Shown here one piece after another: positions 41,401-55,024 of a stretch of DNA of 64,000 bases. The stretch is from Octopus vulgaris (taxonomy: Eukaryota). The stretch's first letter is position 1, and each line of letters begins with the position of its first letter. The stretch lies in contig OX597815.1 in NCBI GenBank assembly GCA_951406725.2, positions 8,060,001-8,124,000 on the forward strand. The letters are read 5' to 3'. Made by a program: the position numbers and the translations under genes. The notes under the pieces are model-generated. The model did no database searches and was not told the origin of the DNA. It worked only from the letters and a program-made list of their open reading frames with translations.

Positions 41401-41540
41401 TATGATTCAACACACAAATGAAAGAGAAAATAAGAAAAGAATACTATAGATGAGTTAGATTAATATTGAAAACAGAGCTCAATGCGAGAAACAAGATAAT
41501 AGCCGTCCCAGTAATAAGTAACAGCTACAATATTCTTAAC
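41401..41540 (+). pseudogene. R4/Dong RT C-terminal remnant
   Basis: QMKEKIRKEYYR*VRLILKTELNARNKIIA.VPVISNSYNILN. Confidence 0.75.
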
Positions 41541-41544
41541 TTTT

Positions 41545-41680
41545 TTCGAAGAAATCAACCTCAGGACCTGTTCTTTGTAAGCCTAGCACTTATTCTATCG
41601 GTCTCCTTTGCCGAACCGCTAAGTTACGGGAACGTAAATACACCAACATCGGTTTTCAAGCGATGGCGATGGGAGAAACT

Positions 41681-41742
<62 letters not shown>

Positions 41743-41918
41743 CACATATTCACATATATACGACGGGCTTCTTTCACATTCCGTCAACCAAGTCCACTCA
41801 CAAGGGTTTGGTCGGCCCGAGGCTATAGTAGAAGACACTTGCCCAAGGTGCCAAGCAATGGGATTGAATCCAGGACCATGTGGTTCAGAAGCAAGCTTCT
41901 TACCACAAGGCCTCGCCT
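41545..41918 (-). mobile_element. SINE family B near full length
   Basis: Matches the family B consensus with an internal (CA)n. Confidence 0.88.
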
Positions 41919-41929
41919 ATACGTTCATA

Positions 41930-42130
41930 TCTCTCTCTATATATAAACGGCAAAATGTCTGTCTGTCTGTGTGCATGTCCTTTATACAAATCCACAATTT
42001 TTCAGTTAGAGGGCTCGCACTTTCTATGGTCATTCAAAAGCGTCCAAGGGTGGTCGTGCACATATTTACATTTCCCCAGTCACCCCGCAAAGCCATTAAC
42101 AAATCAATAGAAGTGACTTTTTTGTGAAGA
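41930..42130 (+). mobile_element. Non-autonomous Helitron-type 5' end
   Basis: a|TCtctctctatatataaacggcaaaatgtctgtctgtctgtg, the same style as at 57137. Confidence 0.5.
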
Positions 42131-42332
42131 GTCTTGATACGCCACAATTGAATGCCAGCTAGCTGTATGTGATTGGTCGGAGATTTGGACAGTACTCGCG
42201 TGTATGTGCGCACGCACGCAGCTGCATATGCATGCAATTGCATTATGACCCGAATAAACGAATAAAATCAATGGGCAACAACAGGACGTGCACAAGGAAT
42301 GTATTAGCTTGACGCTCTGGTGAAAAGACAGA

Positions 42333-42367
42333 GTTTGACGTTTCGAGCATAGTTCCTTCATCGGAAG
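42333..42367 (-). ncRNA. Decayed minimal hammerhead-like fold (CCGAUGA variant), Penelope-type terminal repeat
   Basis: tt CCGATGA ag gaac-tat-gctc GAAA c GTC aa. The flank atgtattag..acgctc is shared with 12258-12327. Confidence 0.45.
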
Positions 42368-42859
42368 GGAGAAAGAGAAATGTCCAAAGAAGGAAAAGAA
42401 ATCGCCACATGTATGTATTTTCTGAAACAGTTCTCCAACTATATACATACCAGCTCGATCAGTACATCACCTATGGCTAGTCTTCATTTAGGTAGCTATC
42501 ATATCCCTACACTTGCTGGAGTTTAGGCAAAAATTCGACCTAAGCATAGTCGCGTGACTACTTCACCGACATCCCCCCTGGGCAACACAGCTCCATGTTA
42601 ATATACGAATGGTGGCGGCTGTTGGAGTGATTGCGTTGGCGGCAGAAGTGTTAGTGGTGGTAGTGGTTCTGATAGTGACGGTAGTGGTGGCTGTGTAGGG
42701 ATTTGTGTTACTGGTGGTAATTATCGTAGTGATGTTAGAGATGGAGGCGGTATTTGCATTGGAGGAGTGGCGGGGGATAATTTCGAGGCGGGGTCGTTGT
42801 TACTTTCTACTAGTTGTGAAGTAATAATAGCTTGGTATTTTTGTTAGTATTGCTACTGA

Positions 42860-43450
<591 letters not shown>

Positions 43451-43835
43451 CGTCGTTGTCGGCTTTCATCTTTGATGTTTCCTGCTGATAGCTTCATTGT
43501 TGCATATTTGCACTGCAGTTCTGCAGTCAAGACAAACATTAGATATTTCGTTACACATGAGTGCAATTGCGCCCATTAAAAGCTTCAATCGCTTATTGCT
43601 TTGTACTCGTGTGCACCGATAGTTGCACAGATGAGCAGTACATGTAAACTGCATACTTTATATGACATGCTTTATATGACATTAGTGTTAATAATGCATT
43701 CTGGACTATTTCTCTGTCTTCATGCGATAGGGAAAAATGTAGCGAGTCACCGTGACGTGTGCGGAGTACTTAGTTTTTGAGTCATCAAGTGGATGGATGC
43801 ATGTGCACATATATATATATATATATACATATATG

Positions 43836-43965
<130 letters not shown>

Positions 43966-44003
43966 GATGTAGGTAGATAGATAGATAAATACAAATGATA
44001 TGG

Positions 44004-44056
<53 letters not shown>

Positions 44057-44094
44057 GCATATGTATGTGTATATATATATATATATATATACAC

Positions 44095-44157
<63 letters not shown>

Positions 44158-44264
44158 TATTAGAGACAAAACCACTATTTTGCAAAACAAACAAGGAAAG
44201 ACTTAATCAATACATATATATATATATACATACATATACGTATATGTATACATGCATACGTACA

Positions 44265-44321
<57 letters not shown>

Positions 44322-44326
44322 TCTTG

Positions 44327-44545
44327 GCACTCCGTCGGTTACGACGACGTGGGTTCCAGTTGATTCAATCAACAGAACAGCCTGCTCGTGAAATTAACGT
44401 GGAAGTGGCTGAGCGCCCCACAGACACGTGTACCCATAACGTAATTCTCGGGGTGATTCAGCGTAACACACAGCGTGACAAGGCTGGCCCTTCGAAATAC
44501 AGGTACAACAGAAACACGAAGAAAGTGTACAGCAGGGTTCGTGTG
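44327..44545 (-). mobile_element. SINE family C 3' half
   Basis: gcactccgtcggttacgacgacg...tacaggtacaacagaaac. Confidence 0.85.
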
Positions 44546-44559
44546 GATGATGGTGTGGG

Positions 44560-45056
44560 AACGTGCACGGCAAGGGCAGTGTGGATAGTGGTGAGGGAAT
44601 ATCTACGTAGAATGATGTGGCGTGCCATGACTTGAGACTGGGTCTCAAAGTCATGGTCGTCACAGCAGAGCCTGCGTAGACGGGAGAAATGGGAATAGGG
44701 AACGGAGAGCTTGGTGTGTTTAGGGTGGGAGGAGAAGTTGAGGTATGAGTGTGAGTCTGTGTGTTTGTAGTGGATGGAGGTGGTGAGAGTGGAGTGATGA
44801 ATGCTGACAGAAATGTCGAGAAGTGGAGGGCAGGATGGAAAGATTTGACAAAAGAGAGGAAAGAGTGTAGATGTTCGCGGAACAGTGAGATCGCACCGAT
44901 AGTGTCGTCAATATAATGAGTATATAGTTCGGGAGTGGGACCAGTGAAACTTGAGAATATTTGGGCCTCAACGTAGTCAACGAACAGGTTCGCATAGTTA
45001 GGGTCCATTCTCGTTCCCATGGCCACTCCCGAGAATTGCTGGTAAAAATCACCCAC
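44560..45056 (-). pseudogene. Penelope-like element reverse transcriptase fragment
   Basis: FYQQFSGVAMGTRMDPNYANLFVDYVEAQIF...YTHYIDD...FHPALHF, then after a frameshift SIHYKHTDSHSYLNFSSHPKHTKLSVPYSHFSRLRRLC (PLE RT thumb). Confidence 0.9.
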
Positions 45057-45107
45057 GAACGAGTATATGTGTGTGTGTATATATTAAATATATATATATA
45101 TATATAT

Positions 45108-45281
45108 AGGCGTAGGAGTGGCTGTGTTTTAAGAAGCTTGCCTCCCAACCACATGGTTCCAGGTTCGGTCCCACTGCGTGGTATCTTGGGCAAGTATCTT
45201 CTACTATAGCCCCGCGCCGACCAAAGCCTTATGAGTGGATTTGGTAGACGGAAACGGAAAGCAGCCTGTCGGGTATACACG

Positions 45282-45315
<34 letters not shown>

Positions 45316-45520
45316 TGTATGTATGTATGTATGTATGTATGTATGTATGTGTGTATCTTTGTGTCTTGACAACCGATGCTTGTGTGTTTACCTTCCCGTT
45401 CGACAAAAGAGACCGATAGAATAAGTACTAGTCTTTCAATGAATAAGTCCTGGCGTCGATTTGCTCGACTAAAGGCGGTGCTCCAGCATGATCGCAGTCA
45501 AATGAATGAAACAAGTAAAA
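45108..45520 (+). mobile_element. SINE family B full length
   Basis: Head and tail match the consensus, with an internal (TATG)n. Confidence 0.9.
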
Positions 45521-45544
45521 TATATATACATATATATTTACATA

Positions 45545-45820
45545 GTGAAAGCACGTGACTTAGTGGTTAGGGCATTCAGCTCCTCACGATCGGTCGTGAG
45601 TTCAATTCCTGGCGACGCGTTGTGTCCTTTATTTCACGTTGCTCCAGTCCACTCAGTCGGCAAAAAGTAAGTAGTACCTGTATTTCAAAGGGCCAGCCTT
45701 GTCATATTCTGTGTCAGGCTGAATAAGAGCTCCCGTGTCTGTGGAGTGCTCAGCCACGTGCATGTTAATTTCACGACCCGATCAACTAGAATTCTCGTCG
45801 TCGTAACTGACAGAGTAGCA
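45545..45820 (+). mobile_element. Chimeric SINE: family D-type head/core with family C-type tail
   Basis: atttcacgttgctccagtccactcag (D) followed by tacctgtatttcaaagggccagccttgtca...ctcgtcgtcgtaac (C). Confidence 0.75.
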
Positions 45821-45821
45821 G

Positions 45822-45866
<45 letters not shown>

Positions 45867-46166
45867 TAGTGTACATTGCTAAAGAAATTTGAAACCATGG
45901 TATTGTATAACCGCAAATAAAAATAACAAGGTAAAACTTAATATTTTCCATTCCTTCGAAAATTGCTATTAAATCGTGGTTTTGGCCGTGTTGGCTGCTT
46001 CTTCTAGCATGTAAAAATTACCTGTTAAAGGGTAGTTTTCTTTTGTGTTTAATTGTACACTATTTAAAAAAATGAATATGTTGTCTATTGACTATATATA
46101 CATGCTACGCCACTGGTGGTGATATTTATAACGAATATTCGTTACCCTATATATGTATCTTATGTA

Positions 46167-46227
<61 letters not shown>

Positions 46228-46319
46228 CTGGCACTGTTACACTAAGTTATAGGGACGCAAACACACCAATACATCATACACACACATATATGTATGTGTG
46301 TGCGTGCGTGTTTATATAT

Positions 46320-46480
46320 GGTGTGTTGACGTGTTTGCGTCCCTGTAACTTAATGGTTCGGCAAAAGAGACCGATAGAATAAGTACTAGGTTTACAAAGA
46401 ATAAGTCATGGGGTCGATTTGCTCGACTAAAGGCGGTGCTCCAGCATGGCCACAGTCAAATGCCTGAAACAAATAAAAGA
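46320..46480 (+). mobile_element. SINE family B 3' half
   Basis: ggttcggcaaaagagaccgatagaataagtactagg...gctccagcatggccacagtc. Confidence 0.85.
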
Positions 46481-47039
46481 CTAAAAAGAGTAAGAATATA
46501 CTAAGAAATTGAAGAGCATTAAATAAAGATATATATGTCTTCCTTTTGAACATGTATCCGTCGTATTCCCGCTGTCTCAGTACATAAGAAAACTTGTTTC
46601 GAGAAATAGCTGACTGGCGAGACATCAACAATTTGTCATTAGTGACCGTAAATGCAGCAACAATATTTTTGATTAGCTGATTCTTTGTTTTCTTTCATGA
46701 GAATGCTTTCGTTCAATAATCTGATAAATGCCCTACAAAAGTTGTCCTTGTTCCAAGTCAAAAGGTTATTGACATTCTGAAGAACATAACAAACCAATGA
46801 ATGAGATTTAAACTTATGAATACAGTGTACAGTATTATCTTGATATAAACCGTAGAATGCAACCATTTTATTTGTGCGTGTGGCGCCACAATCTGGGGGA
46901 CAGAAAGATAAAAGTTTGCACAAACACACGCACACATACACATACACACACACTGACATACACACACGCACATACACACACACATAAAACACTGTTGCCG
47001 AATTGCACTCTCTCTAGACTCCTCTGTCTGTCTGTCTCT

Positions 47040-47046
47040 TTCTCTG

Positions 47047-47085
<39 letters not shown>

Positions 47086-47270
47086 GTCTCCTCTCTCCCT
47101 CTCTCTAGTCTCCTCTCTCTCTCTCTCTAGTCTCCTCTCTCTCTCTAGTCTCCTCTCTCTCTAGTCTCCTCTCTCTCTCTCTCTAGTCTCCCCCCTCTCT
47201 CTCTCTAGTCTCCTCTCTCTCTCTCTCTCTCTAGTCTCCTCTCTCTCTCTCTCTCCCTCTCTCTCTCTCT
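47040..47270. repeat. Minisatellite of (CT)n punctuated by AGTCTC
   Basis: ctctagtctcctctct repeated about 8 times. Confidence 0.9.
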
Positions 47271-47283
47271 CTACTCAGTTCTC

Positions 47284-47550
47284 GTGGAGGCGTGTGGCTT
47301 AGTGGTTAGGGTGTTGGACTCATGATCATAAGATTGTGGTTTCGATTCCTGGACCGGATGACGCGCTGTGTTCTTGAGCAAAACACTTCATTTCTCTTTG
47401 CTCCAGTCCCCTCAACTAACAAAAAGGAGTAATCCTGCGACGGAGCGGCGCCCCTTCCGGGTGGGGAATATATGCGCCATGAAACCGAGAATCTGTCCCT
47501 TTTGGGGTCGGCATCACTCGAGAAAGTAACTTTAACTTTATGTTCTTTAC
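47284..47550 (+). mobile_element. SINE family D variant with (ACTTT)-type tail
   Basis: tRNA-like head, with TSD tactca(g/a)ttctc (47272-47283 / 47551-47562). Confidence 0.85.
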
Positions 47551-48411
47551 TACTCAATTCTCAAAAGTAGAATAAGAGGGCCAAGCAATGGCTGGGCCCC
47601 TCACGTTAATCCTTTCTTCAACATTCGTCACAGTTTGAACCTAGCTGAACCTTCCACAATCTGTAAACATCAACCAACTCCAACACACTCACTCCATCTC
47701 TTTTCCCTCGCTCTCTCTCTCTCTTTCTTTTCTTTCCTTTCTTTTTGTAGTTCAATTTCTTTCATCTTCATCATCTTCCACCACCATCATCATCATAATC
47801 ATAATCATCATCATCATCATCCTTAACATCACCCTCCACCACAACCTCACCAAACCACCTCCCTATACACATGTCCTCACCCCACACTTCGCCAATACCA
47901 CAGGGGAGCAACAAAGTGATATATATATATATATATTACAAGCGTATGTAATGATAATAATAAGTGGATGTAAACACATGAACAAAATAAGAATAAACAA
48001 AAACAACAACAACAAAAACAAAATACAAATTACATGAACGTATATAAACAGAAGATACAAATATTACAGGCATCCCCCCACATACACACACTAAATAAAC
48101 ATAGACGCACATAGAGATATAAGGATGCGCAAATGAAAATATACAATAGAAATATAAAATGGCTGACGGTTAGTAAGAAGAGACACAAATAAGAAAGAAG
48201 AAAACAAAGAACCACTGATGCGGTCACAGGAGTGTGACGAAAGAACTCTGGCCGAAATAAGATTAAGATTAATGTAAAAAATGAATAACACTGAAGCAAA
48301 ATAACACCAAATATATAGTGCGTGTGTTTTTATTGGCTAAACTGGCAATATGACCATTCCGAAATATAACAATATTACCATAGCCTCGTGGATATATGTT
48401 CGTCCTTGGCT

Positions 48412-48506
48412 TCTCTGCTGACGAGGCACGCCAGTTGTAAATAAATTTGATTTAATTTAATTAATTTGTTTACGAAAGTTTGCCGAAACTATGCATAGTC
48501 CAGAGA
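48412..48506 (+). ncRNA. Type I hammerhead ribozyme, canonical core
   Basis: Stem I tctctg/cagaga, CTGACGA 48418-48424, stem II ggca/tgcc extended by gtaaataaatt/aatttgtttac, GAAA 48485-48488, palindromic stem III actatgcatagt, GUC site 48498-48500. Confidence 0.85.
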
Positions 48507-48626
48507 TGAAAGGGGTAAACGTTTTTATTTCTCTTTCAATTTCAGAATTACAACTATTAGCGGTTTGAGTTTGGCTGCGCTTTCTAGTGAGTCGAATGTC
48601 CTATTATGGCCATTCCTTATATTTTT

Positions 48627-48667
<41 letters not shown>

Positions 48668-48976
48668 TATGTACATATATATATATACATATGTATATAC
48701 ATATATATATATATCTGTATGTATGTATTTATAACTGGTCGATGGTTGTATTTTAGTGATTCGACAGACGTACACGTACAAGATTTCCTCGATGCAAATA
48801 GAGCTATTGACACAAGTATAGATGCGCTCTTTATACACAAGCAAGCGAACATAAGTACTTGCAGCCGTACAAGACTTTGTACATAAAATCACACCGAAAC
48901 CGGCATTGCACGCGCATACATCTACCCATATAAGTCTAGATCTGTGCGTATTGGTATGATATATATATATATGTGT

Positions 48977-49015
<39 letters not shown>

Positions 49016-49053
49016 TATGTATATGTATATATGTATAGATAGATATAAGATAG

Positions 49054-49084
<31 letters not shown>

Positions 49085-49134
49085 TGGTGCTTCTTGTCAT
49101 CTCGCTTCTACAGCTCTTCTTTTTCTTTTTCTTC

Positions 49135-49185
<51 letters not shown>

Positions 49186-49428
49186 GTACATATGTACATG
49201 TACATATATCTTAATTTGTGTATGTGCACATACATACACACAACAGTACGATATATATATATTATATATATTATTTATATTTATATATATATATATTATA
49301 TGTGTGTGAGTGTATATATTTGATCAAATTAATTAGATGAGTATATTTCATGTATATACTTATATATATATAAATATGGGTCTGTGTGTATGTGTAAATA
49401 TATGTATATATATATGTATCTATATATG

Positions 49429-49465
<37 letters not shown>

Positions 49466-50074
49466 ATGTATGTATATATAGATATACATTCACACACACA
49501 CACATATGTACACATGTATTTATAAAGTGGAAGATGAAGACAAAGTGAGAGATGGCGAGAGAGAGGAAGAGAGTGAAGAGAAAGGTTGTTGTAGAAAAAT
49601 AAATTTCACAATTATTTTTTTTTTACTTTTATTTTTCTCTATTTTTTTACTTCTTTCTTTTGTTTTTTTTCTTCAGTTTTTACAATTTCTTTGATTCTCA
49701 CATTATTACACTTATATCTTCTTTTTGCTGTTCTTTGAAGTTGTCGTTATTGGCGACCACCACCACCACCGCCACCACCATCGGCACTAGACTGATGATG
49801 ATGATGATGATGTTCATAGTGTTGCTGTTGATGTCGATGTTGTGATTACAATTGTTTTCCTTATCAATATTATTAACATACAAAGAAATCATCGTTATCA
49901 TCAGGAGACATCACATCACTCTTTTTCCTTGGTGTTGTTGTTCTTGTTGTTGTTGTCCTTCTTCCTCTCCGTTTTCTTCTTCTTCTTCCTCTTCTATTTC
50001 TTCCTCTTCTTTTTGTCGTTTTTCACGTCTCGGTTGTTACTGCTGTTGTGCTTCTTCTTGTCATCTCGCTTCTA

Positions 50075-50291
50075 CATTTCTTCTTCTTCTTCTTCTTCTT
50101 CTTCTTCTTCTTCTTCTTCTTCTTCTTCTTCTTCTTCTTCTTCTTCTTCTTCTCCTTCTCCACCTCCTCCTGCTTCTTCTCCTTCCTCCTCCACTTCTTC
50201 TTCTTTTTCTTCTTCTCCTTTCTCTTCTTCTTCTTCTCCTTCTTCTTCCAATTCTTCTTCTTTTTCTTCTTTTTCTTCTTCTCCTTCCACT

Positions 50292-50339
<48 letters not shown>

Positions 50340-50625
50340 ACTTCTCCTCCTCCTCTTTCTTTTCCCTCTTCTCTGTCCTCCTCCTTCACTTCTTCTTCCA
50401 ATTCTTCTTCTTTTTCTTCTTCTCCTTCCTCTTCTACTTCTTCCTCTTCTCCTCCTCCTCCTGCTTCTTCTCCTTCCTGTCCATCACTTCTTCTTCTTCT
50501 TCTTCTTCGTCTTCTTCTTCGTCGTCATCTTCTTCATCTTCTTCTTCTTCGTCTTCTCCTTCTTCTTCTTCCTTCCCATTCATCTTGCTGCATCTACTGC
50601 TGCTGCTGCTGCTGCTGCTGCTTCT
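50075..50625. repeat. (CTT)n-rich polypyrimidine array followed by (CTG)n
   Basis: Directly visible. Source of the poly-S/L/F/E ORFs. Confidence 0.95.
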
Positions 50626-50957
50626 GCCTCCGCCACTGTCGGCGCTGCTGTTCCTTTGTTCTCCATAAGAAGTCCTACAACTCTGTTTATACTCTCTACA
50701 TCTAATCAATTAACGTTAATTGGAATAAAGCCAGCCATTTCTCTGTTGTTCTCCTTCATGGCCAACATTAATCAATGTTCATTTCTTTACACACACACAC
50801 ACACAGATATATGTGCGTATAAGTTTATATATCTATATATGTGTGTGTGAACACACATACATATATTCACATGTATACGTATATATTAATTCATATGTAT
50901 GTATATATACATATACGTATACATATATACATATATATATATATATGCATATATATA

Positions 50958-50999
<42 letters not shown>

Positions 51000-51015
51000 C
51001 ATATCTATCTATCTA

Positions 51016-51121
<106 letters not shown>

Positions 51122-51123
51122 TG

Positions 51124-51180
<57 letters not shown>

Positions 51181-51624
51181 CATAAATATATTTATATTTG
51201 CCTGCATTTCTTGATATTTTTCATTATTGATGCACACTCCCGTATATGCACCAGCGTATAATGTATGTATACGGTATGTGTGTGTGTTAGTGTATGTGTG
51301 TGTGTGTTGGTGTGTGTACGTCGGGGCGGGTATGCCGATATTCATAAATAATCGCATAAACATATACATCGAGTGTATTTTTTATTTATATATTTATGTG
51401 AATGCGTGGGCATACATTAATAAATAGCTTTAAACACATACCCACACCCATATACATACTAAATGTACTGAATCATATATATATATGCAAATATACTCAC
51501 ATATGCATCATTCATACACAGATACACACATACGTATGCTAACATACACGCATCATACATACATATACATATATCAGTATGCACATATTTATACAAAACT
51601 GCATACACAAACTCACACATATAT

Positions 51625-52145
51625 TTATGTATGTATGTATGTATGTGTGTGTGTATGTATGTATGTATGTATGTATGTATGTATGTGTGTATGTATGTAT
51701 GTATGTATGTATGTATGTGTGTATGTATGTATGTATGTATGTATGTATGTGTGTATGTATGTATGTATGTATGTATGTATGTATGTATGTATGTATGTAT
51801 GTATGTATGTATGTATGTATGTATGTATGTATGTATGTATGTATGTGTGTATGTATGTATGTATGTATGTATGTATGTGTGTATGTATGTATGTATGTAT
51901 GTATGTATGTATGCATGTATGCAGGTATGTATGTATGTATGTATTATGTATGTATGTATGTATGTATGAATGTATGTATGTATTTATGTATGTATGTATG
52001 TATGTATGTATGAATGTATGTATGTATTTATGTATGTATGTATGTATGTATGTATGTATGTACAGTATGTATGCATGTATGTATGTATATATGTATGTTT
52101 TATGTATGCATGTATGTATGTATGTACGTATGTATGTATGTATGT
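51625..52145. repeat. (TATG)n array
   Basis: Directly visible. Confidence 0.98.
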
Positions 52146-52185
52146 GTTTATGTGTGTATATATGGATATATGTATATATATATAC

Positions 52186-52226
<41 letters not shown>

Positions 52227-52230
52227 CATC

Positions 52231-52324
<94 letters not shown>

Positions 52325-52637
52325 TGTATGTGTGAACATTCACTTTCTCACATAACTAAAATACAAATATTTATTTATCCATCAAAGTACTGCGACAAAC
52401 AAAATCAATTCTTTGACATTTTTTTGATCAGTAAACTACTGAATGTGTATATCAGCCAGCGATCAGATGTATATAACACTAAATGATAAGATGTGTGTAT
52501 AACAGTGTGTGATCAGATATTTGTATAATCAGTGAGTGATCTAATATGTGTATGTATCACATATTCATCAGATACGCGCAACAGGGAATAATCTCACACG
52601 CGCACACACAGAGACATATATAGTACGTATGATATCT

Positions 52638-52709
<72 letters not shown>

Positions 52710-52949
52710 CTATGCGTGCTCTCACTCACATAGATATATATACAAACACTTATGGATGAAGAGATATGGTCAAAGTGTGTTTTATCACATACACATACTC
52801 ACACACACATACACACATACACACACACACACAACACACACACACACACATACACATACATACTCACACACGGACCTCAAAGAAATATGCTGAAAAATGC
52901 TAATACGACTTCAAAGGTGCGGTATTAGGTCCATCAGTTATTCTTTACA

Positions 52950-53095
52950 ATCACCACTCTCGTGTGTCGCCCGTCAGCACTTTGGTCCCAAAAGGTTTAG
53001 TATTTGACCAGTTTCTATTCAAAGTGTTTATTGATGACATGGCTGATGCCTGTTTAAATTACTGGTACTTTTACAACGACGGCTCCACATTGTTT
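52950..53095 (+). pseudogene. CR1/L2-group LINE RT remnant
   Basis: SPVSTLVPKGLVFDQFLFKVFIDDM resembles V.SGVPQGSVLGPLLF..FINDL. Confidence 0.5.
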
Positions 53096-53194
53096 TTACC
53101 AATAAGATCAATCAGAGGAAAAAGATACAGTAACGACTAGCTTAAACAGAGACTCCAACAGGATAAAACCAACGAAGAAAACGGAGATATAATA

Positions 53195-53874
53195 CAGGGT
53201 GCGGCAGATTTCAAAGGTTAATGAAAACATGGGATCTTTTCGGTTTGACCGGCAGTTCTTTAAAATAATTTCCACGTTACTAAACACTTTTAAACTTCGT
53301 ATACTGGTAGAATGTGTTTATAAAACATCTTTTTCTCTTGGCTTTATTGAAAAAATTCTTTAGTTTGTAAAATATTTGTTGTTTTTTTTCTTCAATTTCT
53401 GCAACTTCAACCAATCAATGACGTCTACTTTAGGTGAAAACATTCTGTGCCGTATGAATATGTCCCTCGTTTAAGAAACAGATTGGGTTTATTTACATTT
53501 GTGAAGAAAAGAGATACCCTTCCCCCATCCCTAACCCTAACCCTAACCCTACTAACCCTAACCCCAAATCAGATTGAAATGCAATAGATCGATACTAGGG
53601 TCATAATTATGGGTGACAATTTCATATGACACCGCTAGAAAAACTGCCGGTCAAACCGAAAGGATCCAAGACATGTCCTCCGTGACTTGTTTCCGGGTCA
53701 TCTTATTTCTCTGCGAGGTGATCTTGGCCCCTATGTTCCCCGGATTTAACCCCGTGTGATTTTTTTTTCTATGGGGGCACCTCAGATTACGGGAGTATCA
53801 ACACCGGCCAGCAATTTCGTCGTGCTTGTTTTTACTAACCTTTGAAATCGAGGCAACCTTTCTGCCACACCCTG
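53195..53874 (+). mobile_element. Internally deleted Tc1/mariner-superfamily element (host of a nested MITE)
   Basis: TA|cagggtgcggcaga ... tctgccacaccctg|TA. The remnant RDLFPGHLISLRGDL/WPLCSPDLTPCDFF.LWGHL matches the WPPRSPDLTPCDFFLWG motif. Confidence 0.85.
53232..53667. mobile_element. MITE with 26-bp TIRs, 8-bp TSD and an internal (TAACCC)n tract
   Basis: TIRs ggatcttttcggtttgaccggcagtt / aactgccggtcaaaccgaaaggatcc, with TSD aaaacatg / aagacatg. Confidence 0.88.
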
Positions 53875-54622
53875 TATTTGGGCCATTAAAGGGTGAAGGA
53901 AGGGTTTTATAAATAAATATATGTGTGTGTGTGTGTAAGAGAGAGAGAGAGAGAGAGAGAGAAATAAGTTCATGTAGAACAATTCAAATTTTTTGAGGCG
54001 TCCAAAAAAGAGAGAAAATAATTTCTAATAAAAATTCATCATATCCAGCAATATCCTGCTAGAGCAAGCAATAAAAATATGAAAATAACAACTGAAAAAG
54101 ATACCATAAACAACTACAAAAATGGAGAAAATGTTAAAAAATCAAAATTAGATTTAATAAGTACATACGAACGTTTCAAAGGGCAATATGTAAGAAAAAT
54201 TATAATAATAATAATTATAATTATAGTTTTTATTGTCATTCTCGTCAGTGTAAAGAATTTAAAGGAAAAAAACATCGAAAAATGTTACTACTAGAAATCA
54301 AGAAGGAAAAACAAATGGGGTGATAGGGAAAATTTTTTCCGGATTTTTACAAGTTGTAAAAGGGAAAAATTAAGAGAAACGAAAAAGAGGGACACGTCAA
54401 TGTGTATGCAAGTCTATTTAAATATATATTGACAGAGCCGATGCAGTGAAAAAGATCACTATCAACATCCACAACACAAAAAGCATATTACAGCACTAAC
54501 GGTGCAGTAAAGAATAAACATAAGTCAGAACCCGTCAGAACTCGGAGCACTGCTGTTCCTGCGAGATGATATAAGCGACAACACATCCATGCAAGAACAC
54601 CACCCACTGATATATAATATTG

Positions 54623-55024
54623 TTTTCTAATCTAGGCACAAGGCCCGAAATTTTTTTGGGGGGAGGGGGGCACTCGATTAGATCGACCCCAGTACGTAAC
54701 TGGTACTTAATTTATCGGCCCCGAAAGGATGAAAGGCAAAGTGGACATCAGCGGAATTTGAACTCAGAACGTAAAAACAGACGAAATACCTATTTCTTTA
54801 CTACCCACAAGGGGCTAAACACAGAGAGGACAAACAAGGACAGACAAACGGATTAATTCGATTATATCGACCCCAGTGCGTAACTGGTACTTAATTTATC
54901 GACCCTGAAAGGATGAAAGGCAAAGTTGACCTCGGCGGAATTTGAACTCAGAACGTAGCAGCAGACGAAATACCGCTGAGCATTTCGCCCGGCGTGCTAA
55001 CGTTTCTGCCAGCTCACCGCCTTT
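54623..55024 (-). mobile_element. SINE family A dimer bounded by a single TSD
   Basis: 16-bp TSD ctgatatat(a/g)atattg at 54607-54622 and 55025-55040. Confidence 0.9.

Noticed and set aside
49842-50850. Ser/Leu/Glu-rich ORFs of 206-332 aa
   Set aside because: They derive from the (CTT)n array. Non-repeat flanks show no recognisable domain or convincing splice sites.
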